A program made the position numbers and the translations under genes. The notes beneath the pieces were generated by a model. It did not search any database, was not told the origin of the DNA, and saw only the letters and a program-made list of their open reading frames with translations. From positions 62,001-126,000 of IMG/VR virus record IMGVR_UViG_3300030041_000009: a DNA stretch of 64,000 nucleotides. One strand, given 5' to 3'. Position 1 is the first letter of the stretch; each line of letters starts with the position of its first letter. This document shows, piece by piece, positions 59,419 through 64,000 of the stretch.

Positions 59419-59729
59419 TGAAGGATATTAAGACTATTAAAAGATCTAAAAAGAAGGTTATTCCAGTGAATGAAAGGACTTATATTGGATTTGATGTTAT
59501 AGAATTTAAGAGTGGTGGTAAATGTTACAGATTAAAATATGAATAGATGAAAGAAAAATTTAAAAAATACATATAATACGGAATAAAATGATTATATTTG
59601 ATATTGAATGGAAAATTGAATACAGTTGGAGTCAGAGTTTCTAATTTCGGTGAAAAACAATGAAATTAGTTTAGAATTACTTTACATTAGCAACAGTTCA
59701 TGATAGAAAAATAAAATTAGAACCACTTT

Positions 59730-59996
59730 ATGGATAAACAGAATATTAATATTGGAGATAAATTATTATGCAAAAATAGTTATTATAATTATACTGAAGT
59801 TTTTTATAAAGATAGAGAATATGAAATAGTTAATACTAACATATTTTATAGTAGTAATTTTTATTCATTAAAAGAAAAAAATAGCAAAAATTTATTATAT
59901 CTACGTAAAGTTGATTTTTATGATGTTTTTTATACTAAACAAGAAGAAAGAAAAATAAAATTAAACAAATTAAAAAATGACGAAAAAGAATATTAA
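59730..59996 (+). CDS. Array paralog 1
   Basis: QN.N.GDKLLCK ... FYTKQEERKIKL. Confidence 0.8.
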   Translation: MDKQNINIGDKLLCKNSYYNYTEVFYKDREYEIVNTNIFYSSNFYSLKEKNSKNLLYLRKVDFYDVFYTKQEERKIKLNKLKNDEKEY

Positions 59997-60300
59997 TTTA
60001 GGAGATAAGTTATTATGTAAAAAAGATTTATTTCAAAATTTAATTAGTGATGATAAATTAATAATATTTTCTCATTTTATAAAAGATAAATATTATTCTA
60101 TTGTTGATATAAAAATAATAGATGATAAATATGCTTATAAGAATACATGTGATCATATATTTGGACAAGATGATTATATTTATTATATAAATGGAGAAAT
60201 GAATAAATCATGTTCATTTTGGTCTGAAAGTTTTTTTCATGATTATTTTTATGAAAAAAAAGAATTAAGAAATAAGAAATTGCAGAAAATAAATGGATAA
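59977..60300 (+). CDS. Array paralog 2
   Basis: Same terminal motifs. Confidence 0.8.
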   Translation: MTKKNINLGDKLLCKKDLFQNLISDDKLIIFSHFIKDKYYSIVDIKIIDDKYAYKNTCDHIFGQDDYIYYINGEMNKSCSFWSESFFHDYFYEKKELRNKKLQKING

Positions 60301-60586
60301 ACAGAATCTTAATATTGGAGATAAATTATTATGCAAAAATGATTTAAAATCATTGGTATCTAATAATACTTCATTATTATTTTTTAAAAAAGGTAAATAT
60401 TATGTTGTTGATGAAATTAGATTAATTAATGATATTTTTGTGGATTATAATGAATATTTTTATTATATAATTGATGATAATAATGAACGATATTCATTTT
60501 GGATGGAAAGATATTTATATACTTATTTTTATACTAAAAATGAAATTAGAAGCATGAAATTAAATGAAATAAATGAAGGATCATAA
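60293..60586 (+). CDS. Array paralog 3
   Basis: Same terminal motifs. Confidence 0.8.
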   Translation: MDKQNLNIGDKLLCKNDLKSLVSNNTSLLFFKKGKYYVVDEIRLINDIFVDYNEYFYYIIDDNNERYSFWMERYLYTYFYTKNEIRSMKLNEINEGS

Positions 60587-60842
60587 TTTTAAAGTAGGAG
60601 ATAAATTATTATGCAAAAAAGATTATATTCATCATAAGATATCTATTCATAAAGGGAACGAATATATTATAAGTGATAGTTTATTTGAGACTGAATATTA
60701 TACTTTTATTTATATAATTGATGATAATAATGTAAAGGTAGAAGTTCAGTATGAAAAAGATATTTATGAATTTTTTTACACTGAGAAGGAAGTTAGGAAT
60801 ATTAAATTAAAAAAGTTGGGTAATGAAGGAACAGAATCTTAA
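60573..60842 (+). CDS. Array paralog 4
   Basis: Same terminal motifs. Confidence 0.8.
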   Translation: MKDHNFKVGDKLLCKKDYIHHKISIHKGNEYIISDSLFETEYYTFIYIIDDNNVKVEVQYEKDIYEFFYTEKEVRNIKLKKLGNEGTES

Positions 60843-61110
60843 TATAGGAGATGAATTAATATGTAAACGTATATTTCATCCAAATTTTGAATATTATATA
60901 CTAAATTCATGTTATACTGTTTATGATATTAAATTTTTTAATATTGATAATAAATTTTTTAATATTGATAATGCATATTATTATATGACCATAGGAAATG
61001 AAAAAATGAATATTGTTTGTTCATATGAAGATATTTATACTTATTTTTACACAAAAAACGAAACTAGAAAAATTAAATTACAAAAACTTCATGAAGAATC
61101 AAAATTTTAA
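60823..61110 (+). CDS. Array paralog 5
   Basis: Same terminal motifs. Confidence 0.8.
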   Translation: MKEQNLNIGDELICKRIFHPNFEYYILNSCYTVYDIKFFNIDNKFFNIDNAYYYMTIGNEKMNIVCSYEDIYTYFYTKNETRKIKLQKLHEESKF

Positions 61111-61375
61111 TATAGGAGATAAATTATTGTGTAAAATTGATGTTAATAAATCATATCTGACATTAACGAAAGGTGTAGAATATATAATTTTGAGTGCTGA
61201 CTTTGATGTACTTTTGAGTGCTGACATTGATGTACTTTATTATAAATATAATATAATAGATGATACCAATAAAGATTTCTATTATATAGAAGAATTTGAT
61301 GATTATTTTTATACTAAAAATGAAGTACGAAAAATTAAATTAGAAAAATTAAAAAATGAAGAAGCAGAATATTAA
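61091..61375 (+). CDS. Array paralog 6 (probable start 61091, MKNQNFNIG)
   Basis: Same terminal motifs. Confidence 0.8.
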   Translation: MKNQNFNIGDKLLCKIDVNKSYLTLTKGVEYIILSADFDVLLSADIDVLYYKYNIIDDTNKDFYYIEEFDDYFYTKNEVRKIKLEKLKNEEAEY

Positions 61376-61625
61376 TATTGGAGATAAGTTATTATGTAAG
61401 ATTAGTTTTTTATCAAATTCTACATATATTATAAAAGGTAAATATTATTATATTAAATATATTGATATTATTAATGTAGCTCGTAAAGATTATTATTTCT
61501 ATTATTTAGACGATTTCGAATCATTGGTATGTTGTGATGAAAAAGAATTTTGTAAATATTTTTATACTAAACAAGAAGAAAGAAAAATTAAATTAGAAAA
61601 ACTTTATGAAGAAGCAGAATATTAA
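61356..61625 (+). CDS. Array paralog 7
   Basis: Same terminal motifs. Confidence 0.8.
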   Translation: MKKQNINIGDKLLCKISFLSNSTYIIKGKYYYIKYIDIINVARKDYYFYYLDDFESLVCCDEKEFCKYFYTKQEERKIKLEKLYEEAEY

Positions 61626-61881
61626 TGTAGGAGATAAATTATTATGCAAAAAAAATCTTTTTAATTCAGAAAGTACATATCTTATTGAATTTGAATATTA
61701 TTATGTTTGTGAAATTACTCCAACTAATAATAATTATACTGATTATATTTATATGCTTATATGTGAACAATATCAACCTGTTAATTTTAGATATTACGGA
61801 GAATTTTGTGAATATTTTTATACTAAACAAGAAGAAAGAAAAATCAAATTAGAAAAACTTTATGAAGAATCAAAATCTTAA
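61606..61881 (+). CDS. Array paralog 8
   Basis: Same terminal motifs. Confidence 0.8.
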   Translation: MKKQNINVGDKLLCKKNLFNSESTYLIEFEYYYVCEITPTNNNYTDYIYMLICEQYQPVNFRYYGEFCEYFYTKQEERKIKLEKLYEESKS

Positions 61882-62137
61882 AGTAGGAGATAATTTATTA
61901 TGTAAATATAATATAATTAATATAAATAAAAATTTCAAAATAGACAAATATTATGCTATGATATCAATTTATATTATTTCTAATACTATAAGCGGTGTGG
62001 ATTTTTATTATTATTATTTATTTGATGATGATGATAATTTAATATTATTTTGTGGTGAAGAAGATTTATATGAATATTTTTATACTAAACAAGAAGAAAG
62101 AAAAAGAAAATTAGATAAAATAGAAAATTATGAATAA
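61862..62137 (+). CDS. Array paralog 9
   Basis: Same terminal motifs. Confidence 0.8.
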   Translation: MKNQNLKVGDNLLCKYNIININKNFKIDKYYAMISIYIISNTISGVDFYYYYLFDDDDNLILFCGEEDLYEYFYTKQEERKRKLDKIENYE

Positions 62138-62396
62138 TTTTAATGATGGTGATAAAATATTATGTAAAAAGGATTTAACTTATTATGGTAACCATATTAT
62201 AGAAGGTGATTATTATATTTTTCATGATAATATGTTTAGTGGTATTTTTAATGATTTTTACTGCTGTTATATAAGTGAATCTAATAATATATTTTCATAT
62301 TATTTAACTGAACATGATTTAGTTGGTCATTTTTTTATGAAAAATGAGATTAGAAAATTAAAATTAGAAAAACTTTATGAAGAAACAGAATATTAA
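62130..62396 (+). CDS. Array paralog 10
   Basis: Same motifs; MNNFN subtype. Confidence 0.8.
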   Translation: MNNFNDGDKILCKKDLTYYGNHIIEGDYYIFHDNMFSGIFNDFYCCYISESNNIFSYYLTEHDLVGHFFMKNEIRKLKLEKLYEETEY

Positions 62397-62628
62397 TGTA
62401 GGAGATAGATTATTATGTAAAGAGGAGATTGATAAAATATTTATTAAAGATAAATATTATTATGTAGATGATATTAAAAATTTTTCAACTGATTATAGTG
62501 AATATTTTTATGATTTAAGATCAGAATTCAATACAATATTACCATTTTTTAGTGAATCATATTTACATCAGTATTTTTATACTAAACAAGAAGAAAGAAA
62601 AATCAAATTAGAAAAACTTTATGAATAA
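62377..62628 (+). CDS. Array paralog 11
   Basis: Same terminal motifs. Confidence 0.8.
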   Translation: MKKQNINVGDRLLCKEEIDKIFIKDKYYYVDDIKNFSTDYSEYFYDLRSEFNTILPFFSESYLHQYFYTKQEERKIKLEKLYE

Positions 62629-62887
62629 TTTTAATGAAGGTGATAAAATATTATGTAAAAAAGATTTAATAGCTAATTATAGTACACATTTTATAGAATG
62701 TAAATATTATATTTATCATAAAATTCTGAATGATTCATTTAAAGGTTTTGCCTGCTGTATATTTAATGAATCTAATGGAATATATCCATATTTTTTAAAT
62801 AAAAATGAATTACTAAATCATTTTTATACTAAACAAGAAGAGAGAAAAATTAAATTAGAAAAACTTTATGAAGAATCAGAATCTTAA
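62621..62887 (+). CDS. Array paralog 12
   Basis: Same motifs; MNNFN subtype, core similar to paralog 10. Confidence 0.8.
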   Translation: MNNFNEGDKILCKKDLIANYSTHFIECKYYIYHKILNDSFKGFACCIFNESNGIYPYFLNKNELLNHFYTKQEERKIKLEKLYEESES

Positions 62888-63140
62888 TGTAGGTGATAAG
62901 TTATTGTGTAAAAAAAATTTAAATGAATTATATGCAAGTTTTAATAAAAATAAATATTATATTGTTTATGATATTAAATTATTTGACAATAATACTGATT
63001 ATTGTTATTATATAGAATTTGATAAAAAAAAATATTATTCTTTTAGATATAGCGTTAGATTTTTTTATGAACATTTTTATACTAAACAAGAGGAGAGAAA
63101 AATAAAATTAGAAAAACTTTATGAAGAAACAGGATATTAA
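62868..63140 (+). CDS. Array paralog 13
   Basis: Same terminal motifs. Confidence 0.8.
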   Translation: MKNQNLNVGDKLLCKKNLNELYASFNKNKYYIVYDIKLFDNNTDYCYYIEFDKKKYYSFRYSVRFFYEHFYTKQEERKIKLEKLYEETGY

Positions 63141-63387
63141 TGATGAAGATAAATTATTATGTAAAAAAAATCTTCTAGTTGGAGCAAATAAATATTTATA
63201 TGTTGATAATTATTATATTGTTATGGTAGTATACGGTCCTTATGAATATTGTTATTATTTTAATGATGAAAATGATAGAATATTACCATTTTCATTTAGC
63301 ATAAAAGAGATGTCTGAACATTTTTATACTAAACAAGAAGAAAGAAAAATTAAATTAGAAAAAATTTATGAAGAATCAGAATCTTAA
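63121..63387 (+). CDS. Array paralog 14
   Basis: Same terminal motifs. Confidence 0.8.
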   Translation: MKKQDINDEDKLLCKKNLLVGANKYLYVDNYYIVMVVYGPYEYCYYFNDENDRILPFSFSIKEMSEHFYTKQEERKIKLEKIYEESES

Positions 63388-63631
63388 TGTAGGAGATAAG
63401 TTATTATGTAAAAAAGATTTAACAACATCATATTCAATATATCATAAAGATAGATATTATATTGTTCATTTTATTATTAATTATGATGATGATTATCAGT
63501 ATTTGATATCTGATGATAAAAATGCTTATTCATCTTTTAAACGTGATGAAGAATATTTATATACTTATTTTTATAGAAAAAATGAGATTAGAAAAATTAA
63601 ATTGAAAAAATTGAATAATATTTTTAATTAA
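63368..63631 (+). CDS. Array paralog 15
   Basis: Same terminal motifs. Confidence 0.8.
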   Translation: MKNQNLNVGDKLLCKKDLTTSYSIYHKDRYYIVHFIINYDDDYQYLISDDKNAYSSFKRDEEYLYTYFYRKNEIRKIKLKKLNNIFN

Positions 63632-63632
63632 A

Positions 63633-63664
63633 TTAGGTTATACCAAATATTTACTTTACTTTTG
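63633..63664 (+). promoter_or_regulatory. Bacteroidota-type promoter upstream of the Cas7-like ORF
   Basis: TTAG 63633-36, 20 nt, TACTTTTG 63657-64. Confidence 0.55.
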
Positions 63665-63696
63665 TACTTTATAAAAACAATTTAAAATTATTTAAT

Positions 63697-64000
63697 ATGA
63701 AAAAAGTAAAGAACATTTTATTTAAAATGGAATTAGAAGGTAATGGTGTTGTTAACTGTGATAGTAATGGACAAAAATGGATATGGAATGAAATTAGTGG
63801 TGGAAAGTATGAAACTGATAATAATTTAATATTTGCAAAAAAAAATATATATCAGAAAAGTAATGGTGAATATGATTATAAAATAAAAATTTCTAGTAAT
63901 TGTTTAAGACATAATATTTTTATTGATGATATTCCATTTCAATCTCCAAATATATTGCATAATAATTATTTACTTGTGTCAATGTTGGCTTCTCCTGCAA
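63697..64000 (+). CDS. Putative Cas7/RAMP-like protein, truncated at window edge (not in ORF track)
   Basis: MKKVKNILFKMELEGNGVVNCDS...NNLIFAKK...KIKISSNCLRHNIF resembles the Cas7 (DevR/Cst2) N-terminal pattern N...KK...iS..alR. Confidence 0.55.
   Translation, partial: MKKVKNILFKMELEGNGVVNCDSNGQKWIWNEISGGKYETDNNLIFAKKNIYQKSNGEYDYKIKISSNCLRHNIFIDDIPFQSPNILHNNYLLVSMLASPA

Larger units (their letters stand above)
59730..63631 (+). repeat. Tandem array of 15 overlapping paralogous small genes with ~90-bp conserved junctions and variable cores
   Basis: Junction tttttatactaaacaagaagaaagaaaaattaaattagaaaaactttatgaagaa.cagaat.ttaat.taggagataa.ttattatg.aaa repeats every ~250-320 bp. Confidence 0.95.

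Noticed and set aside
59730-63631. Canonical CRISPR array
   Set aside because: Repeats are ~90 bp and degenerate, spacers are ~170-230 bp, and all units are intact ORFs with many synonymous-type changes in the repeat.
1-64000. Stop-codon reassignment as in some large phages
   Set aside because: Long genes are intact in the standard code, and TAG/TGA serve as real stops at gene ends and overlaps.
1-64000. tRNA or rRNA genes
   Set aside because: No GC-rich structured stretch or T-loop/D-loop signature seen in intergenic regions; tRNAscan-SE would confirm.

Overview
Very AT-rich, densely coding fragment (standard code) of a large, probably jumbo, T4-superfamily-like phage. The host is probably Bacteroidota (TTTG-N18-20-TAnnTTTG promoters, no Shine-Dalgarno motifs, an OmpA-like and a PID/PEP-CTERM-like gene). 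Left part: virion genes (2152-aa tail fibre, Gly-X-Ser repeat protein, gp14-like neck protein, two >1000-aa structural proteins). Scattered core genes: uvsW, uvsY, thyA, dam, a GT-B glycosyltransferase, a DinG helicase and an M15 peptidase. Mobile DNA: three homing endonucleases (one frameshifted, two with RHH partners) and two TnpB elements (IS607 tnpA+tnpB, and a solo tnpB), each splitting a host gene whose halves rejoin in frame. Most notable: (1) a 3.9-kb array of 15 overlapping ~90-aa paralogs made of ~90-bp conserved junctions and hypervariable Tyr/Phe-rich cores, directly upstream of a truncated Cas7-like ORF; (2) two mutually exclusive peptide tags on unrelated small proteins, a T4-CTS-like N-terminus paired with C-terminal FN[ILM], versus a C-terminal R-K-x-K-L-x-x-[LI]; (3) strong enrichment of an [S/T]-G-x-T motif in virion proteins, a candidate glycosylation sequon. 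All family assignments come from motif recognition by eye, not database searches.
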